Assembly (NCBI GenBank): GCA_944349545.1
Contig: CALVNG010000002.1
Location: 9,328-73,327, forward strand
Source of the DNA: an uncultured Eubacteriales bacterium
Lineage (GTDB): Bacteria; Bacillota; Clostridia; Christensenellales; Aristaeellaceae
Direction of reading: 5' to 3'
Length of the DNA: 64,000 nt
The notes beneath the pieces are model-generated. The model was not told where the DNA came from. It searched no databases and saw only the letters and a program-made list of their open reading frames with translations. A program made the translations under genes and the position numbers. Shown here piece after piece: positions 17,423-27,155 of this stretch (the first letter of the stretch is position 1; every line of letters begins with the position of its first letter).

Positions 17423-17629
17423 ATGGGCAAGAAGGAAGAGCTGTTGACCGGAGCCGTCCGCCGCGACGCGCTGACCCGCCTCACCCGCGAGGAGCGCATG
17501 AAGTATGAGCTGGCGCGCGAGCTGGGCCTGCTGGAGCGCGTGCGCGAGGTGGGCTGGGCAGGCCTGAGCGCCAAGGAAACGGGCCGCATCGGCGGGCTCA
17601 TCGGTCAAAGCCGCAGACGAAAGCCTTAG
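17423..17629 (+). CDS. small acid-soluble spore protein, alpha/beta type
   Basis: 68 aa starting at the ATG 17423 after AGGGAGGGAAGG. MKYELARELGL and LSAKETGRIGGLI match the two conserved SASP alpha/beta blocks (MKxEIAxEFGV and GxVGGxI). Confidence 0.8.
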   Translation: MGKKEELLTGAVRRDALTRLTREERMKYELARELGLLERVREVGWAGLSAKETGRIGGLIGQSRRRKP

Positions 17630-17647
17630 AAGGAGCGACACACACGC

Positions 17648-18445
17648 ATGTACACCGCCTTTGCATCCGTATACGACAGGCTCATGGCCGATGTGGACTA
17701 CCTGGCATGGGCCCGGTTCTATCACGAGCTGATGGAGCGCTACGGCGTTCCCCGCGGAAAGGTATGCGAATGCGCGTGCGGTACGGGCAGCATCACCATC
17801 GCGCTGAGCAAGATGGGCTATCAGATGACCGGGGTGGACATCTCCCCCGACATGCTGTTCGAGGCTTCGCAGAAGGCGCGCCGCACCGGCGCGATGATTC
17901 CCTTCGTGAGGCAGGACATGCGCCGGTTGCATCTGCACCGTTGCATGGACGCCGTTTTGTGCACCAACGACGGCCTGAACTACCTCAAGGATGCCAGCGA
18001 GCTCACGGATTTCTTCCGTGCGGCGTTTTTGAGCGTGCGCGAGGGCGGCGCGCTGTTTGTGGACCTGAGCACGCCCTACAAGCTGGAGCATGTGCTGGGC
18101 AATCACTTCATCGGGGACGAAACCCCGGAGATCGCCTACCTGTGGCAGAACCGCTACAACCGCGCGCAGGGATACGTGGACTTGAACCTGGCCATCTTCG
18201 TGCGGCAGAAGGATGAAACCTACCTGCGCATCGGCGAGCAGCAGCGGCAGTACGCGCACAGCGCCCAGCTGTTGACCGAGCTGATGGAGGCCGTGGGCTT
18301 CACCGACATCCGCCTCTACGGAGACAAAAAGCTCTCGCCGCCGGACCCGCATGCCGTGCGCTGGTTTCTGGCAGCGCGCAAGCCGCTGACCGAGGAGGCG
18401 CCGCCCACCGTGGGCGAGCGCATCACCGAGGTGCCGCAGGCATGA
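17648..18445 (+). CDS. class I SAM-dependent methyltransferase
   Basis: 265 aa. Motif I VCECACGTGSITIAL. Has the post-I acidic residue (TGVDIS). Confidence 0.75.
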   Translation: MYTAFASVYDRLMADVDYLAWARFYHELMERYGVPRGKVCECACGTGSITIALSKMGYQMTGVDISPDMLFEASQKARRTGAMIPFVRQDMRRLHLHRCMDAVLCTNDGLNYLKDASELTDFFRAAFLSVREGGALFVDLSTPYKLEHVLGNHFIGDETPEIAYLWQNRYNRAQGYVDLNLAIFVRQKDETYLRIGEQQRQYAHSAQLLTELMEAVGFTDIRLYGDKKLSPPDPHAVRWFLAARKPLTEEAPPTVGERITEVPQA

Positions 18446-19356
18446 TGGACATACGGAAGAAGGAATCGCATATGGAACAAAAGGACCAGCTGCTGCATAT
18501 CACCCTGATGGACGGCATGGTGAGGGGCCTGCTCCTCACCGCGACCCGCACCGTGGCCGAGGCGGCGGCCATCCATCTGACCAGTCCGGTGGCCACCGCC
18601 GCCCTGGGCCGCACGCTGATGGGCGCCGCCATGATGGGCGCAATGCTCAAGGCGGACCAGGCCAGCGTGACCGTGACCATCGACGGCGGAGGCCCGCTGG
18701 GCCGCATCGTCTGCGTGGCGGACCGCGACAGCGTGCGCGGCTGCGTGGACGTGCCCAAGCTGGAAATGCCCCTCAAGCCCAACGGCAAGCTGGACGTGGG
18801 CCGGGCCGTGGGTCATGAGGGGCGCATGAGCGTGGTGCGCGACATGGGCATGAAAAGCCCCTATGTGGGCCAGGTGCCGCTGGTGTCGGGCGAAATCGCC
18901 GAGGACTTCGCCAACTACTACGTCGTCAGCGAGCAGACGCCCACGTTGCAGAGTCTGGGCGTGCTGGTCAGCGGCGAGGTGGTGCTCTCGGCAGGCGGGG
19001 TGCTTCTGCAGCCCATGCCGGGATGTACGGATGAGATCATCAGCCAGCTGGAGCTGCGCAGCCCGCTGATGGCCGATGTGAGCCGCGAACTGTGCCACGA
19101 GCCCATGGAGGCGCTCATGACCAAGTGGTTTGACGGCCTCCGGCCCGCGGTGCTGGCACGGACGCCCCTGTGCTACCGGTGCAACTGCTCCCGCTCGCGC
19201 ATGGAAAAGGCGCTCATCGCCATGGGCCGCGAGGAGCTGGGACGCATGATTCAGGATGAGCAGGACGGCGCGGAGCTGACCTGCCACTTCTGCAAAAAGA
19301 CCGAGCGCTTCACCCAGCAGGACCTGCTGCGCCTGCTCAACCAGGCGCAGGCATGA
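18442..19356 (+). CDS. hslO: Hsp33-family redox-regulated chaperone
   Basis: 304 aa. Core block GEIAEDFANYYVVSEQ. C-terminal zinc centre YRCNCSRSRM...CHFCKK (CxC...CxxC). The ATG overlaps the upstream stop (ATGA). Confidence 0.88.
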   Translation: MMDIRKKESHMEQKDQLLHITLMDGMVRGLLLTATRTVAEAAAIHLTSPVATAALGRTLMGAAMMGAMLKADQASVTVTIDGGGPLGRIVCVADRDSVRGCVDVPKLEMPLKPNGKLDVGRAVGHEGRMSVVRDMGMKSPYVGQVPLVSGEIAEDFANYYVVSEQTPTLQSLGVLVSGEVVLSAGGVLLQPMPGCTDEIISQLELRSPLMADVSRELCHEPMEALMTKWFDGLRPAVLARTPLCYRCNCSRSRMEKALIAMGREELGRMIQDEQDGAELTCHFCKKTERFTQQDLLRLLNQAQA

Positions 19357-19396
19357 TTGGGCTTGTCCCGCGCAAGGGCGGGGCGGAGAGGAAGCA

Positions 19397-21106
19397 ATGA
19401 CCAGCATTCACATGGACACGTTTCAGCGTCCGGCGCCCTACTGGCTGCGACGGGCGGAAAAATGCAAGCAGGCAGGGGATCTGCGCCGCGCGGCGGTGCT
19501 GGAGCGCCACGCCGCCCGCACCGATCCCGGCTATGCCGCCGGACCGGCCAGCTACGCGCTCACACTCCGGCAGCTGCACTGCTATGAGGCCAGCAACCGC
19601 GAAGCGTTTGCCGCCCTGGCGTATGATCCCTCGCGCGTGGCGCTCTACGGGCTGATCGGCCAGAACATGATCGCCCTGGGCTATCGGCAGGAGGGGCTGG
19701 ACGCCTTTTCGCTGTATTTCAACGCGCCGGACGGCGGACAGACCGTGCTCGCGCCCTGGGACGGCGACGTATACGAAATGGAGGAGGCCTACTGGGAGGC
19801 CCCCGTCAAGCGGCGCGCCCGGCTGAACGGGCTGATGCACATGATCCTCTCCCGCATGGCGCGCGGCGACATGGACGGGGCGGCGCGTGCCCTCCAGCGC
19901 GCACGGCGCGCACCCTTTCAGGCGCCCTATGCCCGCCGCGACGAGCTGGCCGCCCTGTGGCATGAGCGGGCCGGCAGGCCGCAGGAGGCGCTCAGGTATG
20001 TGCGCCGCGCCCTTCGCCTGCGTCCGTACGATGCGCAGCTGGCCGCCTCGGCGGCGTGTCTGCTGGGAAGGCTGGGCCGAACGGGGGAGGCGGCTTCCGC
20101 GCTGACCCGCGCCGCCGTCTGTGCCGAATCCCCGGCGGATGAGCTATTGGTCTGCCTGGCTTCCGAGCAGCTGGGGGCGCATGAGGCCGCGCGAGCCATG
20201 CTCGCACGCAGCCTGAAACGATGCTCAGGCCGCTATCCCGTACTGTACGACCTGGCGGTATGCCTGCTCAAGCTGGGCAGGCTGGAGGAGGCCAGCGGCT
20301 ACATCCATCTGTGCCGCGAGCTGGACCCGGACGACGTGCCCGGCGAGGTGCTTTTCAACCGCGTGATGGACATGGAAAGCCGCGCTCTGACAAGCCAGGA
20401 GGTCCGGACAGAGGCCGCGGCCGTGTCCTATTACGGCTCGCTCACGCAAGACGAGCTGAACCGGTGTCTCAGGCCCGTTACCCAGGTCGTTCGGGAAGGC
20501 TCCGCCGCGCTGGCTGCCGCCATGGCTGCCGACGCCAAGCTGCGGGCCCGATTCCTTTATATGCTGGCGCTGCCCACGGACTGGCCCGCGAAGCTGCTCC
20601 CCTCCGTGTGCGCTGCCATGCCGCCGGAGGAGGCGCAGCGCCTGCTCCGCCAGGTGTTGCTGGCGGACCCGCGCGGGTCGCTTGCCAAGCGGGTGGCCAT
20701 GGCGATGCTTGCCTCCATGGGCGCGCCCGCGCCCTATGCCGTGTGGCAGGAGGGGCGATTGGGCTATGTGGACCCCACCCAGCCCCCGCCCGCGGTGGCG
20801 AGCTTCTATCAGCGCATGATCACCCGCTGCCTCAATCGGGCGGCCGCGCTTGCTCAGGATGGCGGGTTTGTGCCCTGGGCGCTTTCGCGCGTCAGGCGCA
20901 TGAGCGAAAGCGAGCGCTTTCGTCTGATCGCGGACCGCTGCAGGGTATGGCCGCTGGCGATGAGCGTGCGATACCGCCTGGAAAAAGGACTCGCGCCCCA
21001 GCGCGTCCATGCGGAATCCCTGAACGTGGATTACAGACGCAGCCTGAAAAGAGCCCTGCATATTCTGCGCGGCCTGAAGGAGGAGAATGCACATGAGCAT
21101 CATTGA
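19397..21106 (+). CDS. hypothetical TPR-like helical-repeat protein
   Basis: 569 aa, Ala/Leu/Arg-rich, with repeated about 34-residue amphipathic helix pairs (e.g. AGRPQEALRYVRRALRLRPYDAQ, LGRLEEASGYIHLCRELDPDD). No enzymatic motif. Confidence 0.5.
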   Translation: MTSIHMDTFQRPAPYWLRRAEKCKQAGDLRRAAVLERHAARTDPGYAAGPASYALTLRQLHCYEASNREAFAALAYDPSRVALYGLIGQNMIALGYRQEGLDAFSLYFNAPDGGQTVLAPWDGDVYEMEEAYWEAPVKRRARLNGLMHMILSRMARGDMDGAARALQRARRAPFQAPYARRDELAALWHERAGRPQEALRYVRRALRLRPYDAQLAASAACLLGRLGRTGEAASALTRAAVCAESPADELLVCLASEQLGAHEAARAMLARSLKRCSGRYPVLYDLAVCLLKLGRLEEASGYIHLCRELDPDDVPGEVLFNRVMDMESRALTSQEVRTEAAAVSYYGSLTQDELNRCLRPVTQVVREGSAALAAAMAADAKLRARFLYMLALPTDWPAKLLPSVCAAMPPEEAQRLLRQVLLADPRGSLAKRVAMAMLASMGAPAPYAVWQEGRLGYVDPTQPPPAVASFYQRMITRCLNRAAALAQDGGFVPWALSRVRRMSESERFRLIADRCRVWPLAMSVRYRLEKGLAPQRVHAESLNVDYRRSLKRALHILRGLKEENAHEHH

Positions 21107-21923
21107 TTTTGACGCCCGGTTCACCGAGGTTTTGAACAAGTGGATCGAGGAAAACCGCCACCGCTTCCGCCGTCCGGAGGAGATGGAGGACGAGGTGCCC
21201 GACGTGTACCTGCGCTGGCTGAACACCCCCGCCGACTGGCTGGAGGGCAGCGCGCCGGGCGAATACTTCGACCGCTTTTCCGACAGCGCGCAGCTGTGCG
21301 GCCTGCTCTGTGAATACATCAAGGGAGGGGTGCCCGTGCCCGATCCGCTCCTGGACCGGCTGGCGGATCTGGGCGACGAGGCGGCGCTGATGGCGCTGGT
21401 CAAGGACAAGTCCGCTCCCTGCGAGGCGCGCATGGATGGCATCGAGCTGCTTCGGCAGCTGGAGAGCACCTTGCCGATGGTGGACTTCATCCGCTGGCAG
21501 GTGGAGCGGGACGAGGAGGACGACATTCTCGACAACGCGCTGGAAAGCCTGCGCCAGATGGGCGAGGGCGTGCGCGGGCCGGCGAAGGTGGCCTTCCTGG
21601 CTGCCGGACCGGAGGGCAAGGAGGCGCTTCTGGACGTGCTGGCCGATTATCCCGGCGACGAGGACGTGTTCCGCTTCGCCCTGGAGCAGTTCAAAACCAC
21701 CAGGGACAAGCGCGCCCTTTACGCCGGATACCTGGCCAAGCTGGACGACGATCACGCGCTGGAGGCCCTTTTGGATGTGGCCGAGGGCGACGACGTGACC
21801 TATACCGACTTTATCGAGATCCGCAGCGCCATCGAGCGGCTGGGCAGCGAGGCCCCCGTGCGCGACTGGTCGCACGACCCCTCCTATCAGGCCTTCAAAC
21901 GGCTGCAAAGGGCGCAGAGCTGA
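21093..21923 (+). CDS. hypothetical acidic helical-repeat (HEAT-like) protein
   Basis: The ORF opens at 21087. The ATG at 21093 lies 8 nt after AGGAGGA and overlaps the end of the preceding gene. Repeated motifs (DEAALMALV, KEALLDVLADYPGDEDV, DHALEALLDVAEGDD) resemble HEAT/PBS-lyase repeats. Confidence 0.45.
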   Translation: MSIIDFDARFTEVLNKWIEENRHRFRRPEEMEDEVPDVYLRWLNTPADWLEGSAPGEYFDRFSDSAQLCGLLCEYIKGGVPVPDPLLDRLADLGDEAALMALVKDKSAPCEARMDGIELLRQLESTLPMVDFIRWQVERDEEDDILDNALESLRQMGEGVRGPAKVAFLAAGPEGKEALLDVLADYPGDEDVFRFALEQFKTTRDKRALYAGYLAKLDDDHALEALLDVAEGDDVTYTDFIEIRSAIERLGSEAPVRDWSHDPSYQAFKRLQRAQS

Positions 21924-21966
21924 CCCTGTACGCCGGCCCGCCCCATTTTTTGCAAAGGAGGCATCC

Positions 21967-22638
21967 ATGATCACCCTTCAGGAAATCAAGCAAAACGAAA
22001 GCATCAAGGCCCTGGTCCGGGCGGGAAACCGTTATCTGGAAACCCTGGGCTATACCGACCACGGCCCCCGGCACCTGGGCTATGTGAGCCGCACGGCCAG
22101 CGGCATTTTGAAAAGCCTGGGGTACAGCGAGCGAGAGGTGGAGCTGGCTGCCATCGCCGGCTGGGTGCATGACGTGGGCAACAGCGTCAACCGCCATGAT
22201 CACGGCCCCAACGGCGCCATATTGCTCTTTCCCCTGCTACGGGAAATCGGCATGGATATCGAGGACGTGATGATCATTATCACCGCCGTGGGCAACCATG
22301 AGGAGCAGAGTGGCACGGTATCCAGCGCGGTATCGGCCGCCTTGGCCATCGCCGACAAGTCGGACGCGCACAAAAGCCGCGTGCGCAACGGCCGCCCGGA
22401 CGTAGGGGATATCCACGACCGCGTGAATTTCTCCATTCAGGAAAACAGCGTCACCGTGGACCGCAAGCATAAAATCATCCGTCAGGAGCTCAAGATGGAC
22501 GAGTCCTCCAGCGTGCTGGAGTATCTGAGCATCTATCTTCCCCGCATCCTGATGTGCGAGCAGGCCGCGGAGTTTCTGGGCCAGCATTTCGAGCTGTTTA
22601 TCAACGACCGTCCGGTCAACAACCGCGCGGGCGTGTAA
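21967..22638 (+). CDS. HD-domain metal-dependent phosphohydrolase
   Basis: 223 aa. Contains HGPRH, GWVHDVGN (the HD dyad) and AVGNHEE. Confidence 0.7.
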   Translation: MITLQEIKQNESIKALVRAGNRYLETLGYTDHGPRHLGYVSRTASGILKSLGYSEREVELAAIAGWVHDVGNSVNRHDHGPNGAILLFPLLREIGMDIEDVMIIITAVGNHEEQSGTVSSAVSAALAIADKSDAHKSRVRNGRPDVGDIHDRVNFSIQENSVTVDRKHKIIRQELKMDESSSVLEYLSIYLPRILMCEQAAEFLGQHFELFINDRPVNNRAGV

Positions 22639-22668
22639 GCGGCCCGCCGCCGGAAGGAGGCATTTCAC

Positions 22669-24678
22669 ATGATCTGCGAACGCTGCGGGCATTCCATGCC
22701 CGACGGGTCGCTCACCTGCGAAAACTGCGGCACCTATCTGGGCCGCTACGGTGGTGCGGCGCTTCAGGATACGGGCGTGCGCGCCATCCGTCAGGGGCGG
22801 GTGAGCGCGACGGCGCCCACGCTGCCCTCCGGAGCCAACCGTTCCAGGGAATACGGCGACTATGATCTCTCCGCTCTGCCCGTGGAGGAGGTTCAGCACA
22901 CCCCCCGCCGCAAGCCGGCCGCCGCCTTTCAGACCGAGCGCGGCAGCAGCCGTCCGGATACGCGGCGAGGCGTGCCGGTCAACGCGCGCGGGCGGGCCCC
23001 CGCGCTCAAAACGCGGCATGGCCGCGTACATACGGTCCACAGGCACAATATCAACTGGATGCTGATCGGCGTGGCGCTTACGCTGGTGGCCGTGCTGGCA
23101 GGCGCAGGCTATATGCTCTACATGAACCGCAGCGACAGCGGCCAGCGCGCCACCGCACGCCGCAACGCCCTGACCGCTACCGAGGGCATGTTTGCGCTGG
23201 CGCAGAATACGGACGACCCCCTGGTGCAGGAGGAGCGCGAGGCGCTGATCAAGCAGTGGAGCGGCGTACCCGCGCAGGCCTACCGCCTGGCGGGTCAGGA
23301 CTATCTGGACGTGGGCGACGTGCAGGCGGCGATCACCTGCCTGCGCATCAGCGACGCCATTGACCCGGAGAACTATGACGGCCTGCTTCTGCTGGCCAAC
23401 GCCTACGAGATGGACGCGCAGGACGAGCAGGCCGAGGCGGTGTACCTAAGGCTCGCACAGGAGGTCAGCCCCTTCCGCAGCGAGGCCTACACCGCGCTCA
23501 TCAGCATGTATCTGGAGCAGGACCGCGGGCCTGAAGCGGCGGACATGATGCTCCTGGCCTATGAGAACACCGACCGCGAAAACTTCCGCCAGCAGCGCGA
23601 GGATTTTATCCCCGCTATGCCGGAGGTCAGCCTCACCGCCGGTCGCTACGAGATCAGCGCCATGGAACAGGACATCTCCCTCACCTCGCCCCAGGGCTAC
23701 GACGTGTACTACACCGTGGACGATGACGCGGTGCTCCCCGAGGACGGCATCCTCTGCGAGGACGGCAGCATCATGCCCAAGGAGGGCGTCATCACGCTGC
23801 GGGCTGTGGCGGTCAGCGGCGATCTGGTCAGCGACCCCATCAGCGTATCCTATACCTTCTACTATCCCACGCCGCCCGCGCCCAAATGCAACCTGGCCCC
23901 CAATACCTACAAAACCCTGCACGAGGTCAGCCTGCGCCCCGGTACCCTGAGCGAGACCCAGGCCGCAGGGCTGACCAAGGCCGAGCAGGCGGAAATCGAA
24001 AGCCATTACGTGTACTATTACACCATCGACGGCTCCACCCCCACCGAGGAAAGCCCCGTCTACGACGGCACGCCCATCAAGCTGCCCTCCGGGCGCGTGA
24101 CGCTCAAGGCCGTATGCGTCAACCAGTACGGCAAGATGAGCCCTACGCTGGAGGTGGGCTACAAGTTCAACGTCTCCCCCTATCCCCTGGACATGTACGG
24201 AGAAAGCGACACCTTTGGCAGCTTCACCCTCAACAAGACCTCCATCGACGATTTCAAATCCGCCTTCGGCAACCCCACCCAGGAGCTGGAAACCACTTAT
24301 CTGAACCTGACCAACTCGGCCCGGCATCTGCAATACAGCTGGGGCTATGCCGTGTTCATTCTGGAAAACAGCGCCTGGCAGCTGGTTCGCGTGGACATGA
24401 ACAGCGAAATCGGCACGCCGCCGCGCGGAGTGGGCTTTGGCAGCACGGAGAGCGAGATCGTGTCCGTCTATAAGGATTTTGGTCAGCTGGAGGCCCCCAA
24501 CGGCACGCGCGGCCTCTACTACGACTATCCCAACGTCGGCCAGGTGCTGGTCAACGACGACGGTACCCGCACCGTGCGCTACACCTGCCAGATCTCCACC
24601 AGCAAGGTCTGGGTGCTGGAGTACGACCTGGGCAGCAACGGCCGCGTCACCCATATGGCGAACTACTACCAGCCCTGA
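22669..24678 (+). CDS. zinc-ribbon / single-TM / TPR protein with two chitobiase-C-like (Fn3-like) modules
   Basis: 669 aa. N-terminal CERCGHSMPDGSLTCENCG. TM helix INWMLIGVALTLVAVLAGAGYMLYM. TPR-like segment. Two YYT(V/I)DG...P modules (YDVYYTVDDD, YVYYYTIDGSTPTEESPVY). Confidence 0.6.
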   Translation: MICERCGHSMPDGSLTCENCGTYLGRYGGAALQDTGVRAIRQGRVSATAPTLPSGANRSREYGDYDLSALPVEEVQHTPRRKPAAAFQTERGSSRPDTRRGVPVNARGRAPALKTRHGRVHTVHRHNINWMLIGVALTLVAVLAGAGYMLYMNRSDSGQRATARRNALTATEGMFALAQNTDDPLVQEEREALIKQWSGVPAQAYRLAGQDYLDVGDVQAAITCLRISDAIDPENYDGLLLLANAYEMDAQDEQAEAVYLRLAQEVSPFRSEAYTALISMYLEQDRGPEAADMMLLAYENTDRENFRQQREDFIPAMPEVSLTAGRYEISAMEQDISLTSPQGYDVYYTVDDDAVLPEDGILCEDGSIMPKEGVITLRAVAVSGDLVSDPISVSYTFYYPTPPAPKCNLAPNTYKTLHEVSLRPGTLSETQAAGLTKAEQAEIESHYVYYYTIDGSTPTEESPVYDGTPIKLPSGRVTLKAVCVNQYGKMSPTLEVGYKFNVSPYPLDMYGESDTFGSFTLNKTSIDDFKSAFGNPTQELETTYLNLTNSARHLQYSWGYAVFILENSAWQLVRVDMNSEIGTPPRGVGFGSTESEIVSVYKDFGQLEAPNGTRGLYYDYPNVGQVLVNDDGTRTVRYTCQISTSKVWVLEYDLGSNGRVTHMANYYQP

Positions 24679-24838
24679 GCTGGCGCGCCTGCCCGCTTCG
24701 CGTTAAATTTGACAAACATGGAAGAAACCCGCGGGGTGATACGTCCTATGCATTGGGCGTATACTCCGCGAGGGAAGAGGCTTGCGGGGAAAACGCCGGT
24801 GATTTTGTCCGGCTTGCCGGAATAAAGGGGGAAATACC

Positions 24839-27154
24839 ATGAAGCACCTGTGGAAACATCTGCTGTGTACCGCGCTGTGCCTGTGCCTGCTCTTTTCATC
24901 GGCACTGGCTGAGGCCGTGGATATCAACCTGCATGTCGTAGCCGATTATAACGATGCCGACGCCGTGACGATTCGGGCCGGACAGGTTGTGGGCGATAGC
25001 CTGTACCTGCTTGTAAGCGGCCTCTACAGCGACAGCGACGAGGGACAGACCTGGCTGGAACGCTGGACCGCCGGGATGAGCGGGCCGGAAACCGTGCTGG
25101 AGAACCTCCTCAGCTACCGCAGTGAGGACGCGGACGCCGCGATGCCCGTGGTCAGCCGCCTCATCACCGATGGAAAAAGCGTCTACGGCTATGATGATAT
25201 GACCGGCCAGCTGGTGCGGCTGGTGGACGAGTCGGGGAACGCGAAGGTAGAATCGCTGTGCACGCTGGAGACGGCGGAGGAAGAAAAATCCGCCGATGGC
25301 GTCTACTACGGCAGCTACGTCAGCGCCATGTTCGTGCAGAATGGCGAAGTGGTGAGGCTGGCGGAGAACTACGGCGAGGGAGAAACCAGCTATGTTGTGG
25401 AACGCTACGCGCTGGACACCGGCAAGCTGATTGGCAGGAGCGGGGCCGACAACACCCTGCGCACGCTGTGCTCCTATAAGGACGGCAAGTATCTGGCGCT
25501 GGTACAGCCCCAACCGGGTCCGGAGGACATGGAACTGCCCATGTCGCAGCTGGCCATCTACGACCCCGCCACGGGTGAAATGAACCCCGTGGCGACCCTG
25601 TCGGGCAGCTATCTGAACAATGTGACCTACGACCCGCAAAGCGACACCGCTTATTACTGCTGCGACGCGACCATCTATACCGTGCCTCTGGCGACGGGCG
25701 AATCCCGCGTCAGCGCCTATCTGCCGGTGAACGCGTGGTCCGGGTCGGACACGACCTTTGCGGTGCTTGCGGGCGGGATGATCGTCTATGCCAACGGCGA
25801 CGGCGCCTATGTGCGCCGCCTGGACGCGCCGGAGCTGGCGGCGGGCGCGCTGACCATCGCCAACGAGGGCGGGACTCAAAAGCATATGGCCGTGGTGTCC
25901 GAGCATCCCGAACTGAACGTGACGCTGGCGAGCAATTACCCGCAGACCATGGAGGAGCTCACCACCGCCATGGTCAGCGGCACAGGCAGCATAGATGTGT
26001 TTAGTCTGACCACGAACGCCAATCCCATAGCGCGCCTGATCGAAAAGGGCTACGCCGCGGATCTGAGCGGCTATCCGGAGCTGATGGCCGTGGCCGGACG
26101 CATGGATGCGCGCTTCACCGATTCCGTCATGCGTGACGGCAAGCTCTATGGCCTGCCTGTTTCGCTCTATACCAACGGCATGGGCGTCAATGCCGACACC
26201 ATGGAAAAGCTGGGGCTTACCCAGGAGGATCTGCCCACCACCTGGCTGGAATTCCTGGACTTTGCGGCAAATTTCCACTATGATTATGGCGAGGAAAACG
26301 CCGACGTGGCCCTTATGGACCTCAACATGCGCGGGTCCCTGTTCCAGATGATCCGTGAGCAGTATGTGGCGGCGCAGCTGCGGGATACCGGCAGCATCAG
26401 CTTTGACACCCCGCTGTTCCGAAAGCTCATGCAGGCGTTGGAGGCCATCGACTTTACCGAGCTGGACCCCTATGAGGTCAAGGGCGACAAGGTCTGGGAA
26501 GGCAATGACGCCAACGAGTTCTATGAAAAGCAGCAGCTTTTCACCCGCTATGCCGAAGCAAGTCCCCGTTCGATGGGACAGAGCGGCTATGGGCGCGCCA
26601 ATCAGCCCCTGATCCTCAGCCTGGACGGCGAGACGGAGCCCATCATTCCTGTGAGCATGACCGTGATGATCGTCAATCCCCGTAGCACGCGCATGGATCA
26701 GGCCGCCGCTTACCTCACCGCGTATGCCGGGCATTACGACCCGGAAACGGAGAACATCATGTTCTTCCCCGACCAGAACGACCCCGTGCCCAACAGCTAT
26801 TACAAGATCCAGAAGCAAAGCTATGAAGAAAGCCTGCGCGAGCTCGACAGCCGCATCGAAAAGGCGGACGAGAGCGAGAAGGCCATCCTGCGCGACAACA
26901 GGGAGCAGATTCAGGGGTTCCTGGACGAGCTGGAAACCCGGCGCATGAGCGTGACGGAGGAAATGATTCAGGCGTACCGCGAGCAGGTGGCTCCCTACCT
27001 GTACGTAACGCCCCAGACCCCCCTGACCAACCCCGATGCCAGCGCCGAGCTGGATGCGCTGACCAGCCAGTACCTGGACCGTGCCATTGATCTGGATACC
27101 TACATCCGCGAAATGAATCAGCGGGTGAGAATGATGATGCTGGAGGATATGTAA
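24839..27154 (+). CDS. extracellular solute-binding protein (family 1-like) with an approximately 330-aa N-terminal extension
   Basis: 771 aa. Signal peptide MKHLWKHLLCTALCLCLLFSSALA. SBP-like core from about residue 340 (IDVFSLTT...LIEKGYAADLS...DGKLYGLPVS...LGLTQEDLPTTWLEFLDFA). Paralogue of the next gene. Confidence 0.65.
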   Translation: MKHLWKHLLCTALCLCLLFSSALAEAVDINLHVVADYNDADAVTIRAGQVVGDSLYLLVSGLYSDSDEGQTWLERWTAGMSGPETVLENLLSYRSEDADAAMPVVSRLITDGKSVYGYDDMTGQLVRLVDESGNAKVESLCTLETAEEEKSADGVYYGSYVSAMFVQNGEVVRLAENYGEGETSYVVERYALDTGKLIGRSGADNTLRTLCSYKDGKYLALVQPQPGPEDMELPMSQLAIYDPATGEMNPVATLSGSYLNNVTYDPQSDTAYYCCDATIYTVPLATGESRVSAYLPVNAWSGSDTTFAVLAGGMIVYANGDGAYVRRLDAPELAAGALTIANEGGTQKHMAVVSEHPELNVTLASNYPQTMEELTTAMVSGTGSIDVFSLTTNANPIARLIEKGYAADLSGYPELMAVAGRMDARFTDSVMRDGKLYGLPVSLYTNGMGVNADTMEKLGLTQEDLPTTWLEFLDFAANFHYDYGEENADVALMDLNMRGSLFQMIREQYVAAQLRDTGSISFDTPLFRKLMQALEAIDFTELDPYEVKGDKVWEGNDANEFYEKQQLFTRYAEASPRSMGQSGYGRANQPLILSLDGETEPIIPVSMTVMIVNPRSTRMDQAAAYLTAYAGHYDPETENIMFFPDQNDPVPNSYYKIQKQSYEESLRELDSRIEKADESEKAILRDNREQIQGFLDELETRRMSVTEEMIQAYREQVAPYLYVTPQTPLTNPDASAELDALTSQYLDRAIDLDTYIREMNQRVRMMMLEDM

Positions 27155-27155
27155 C

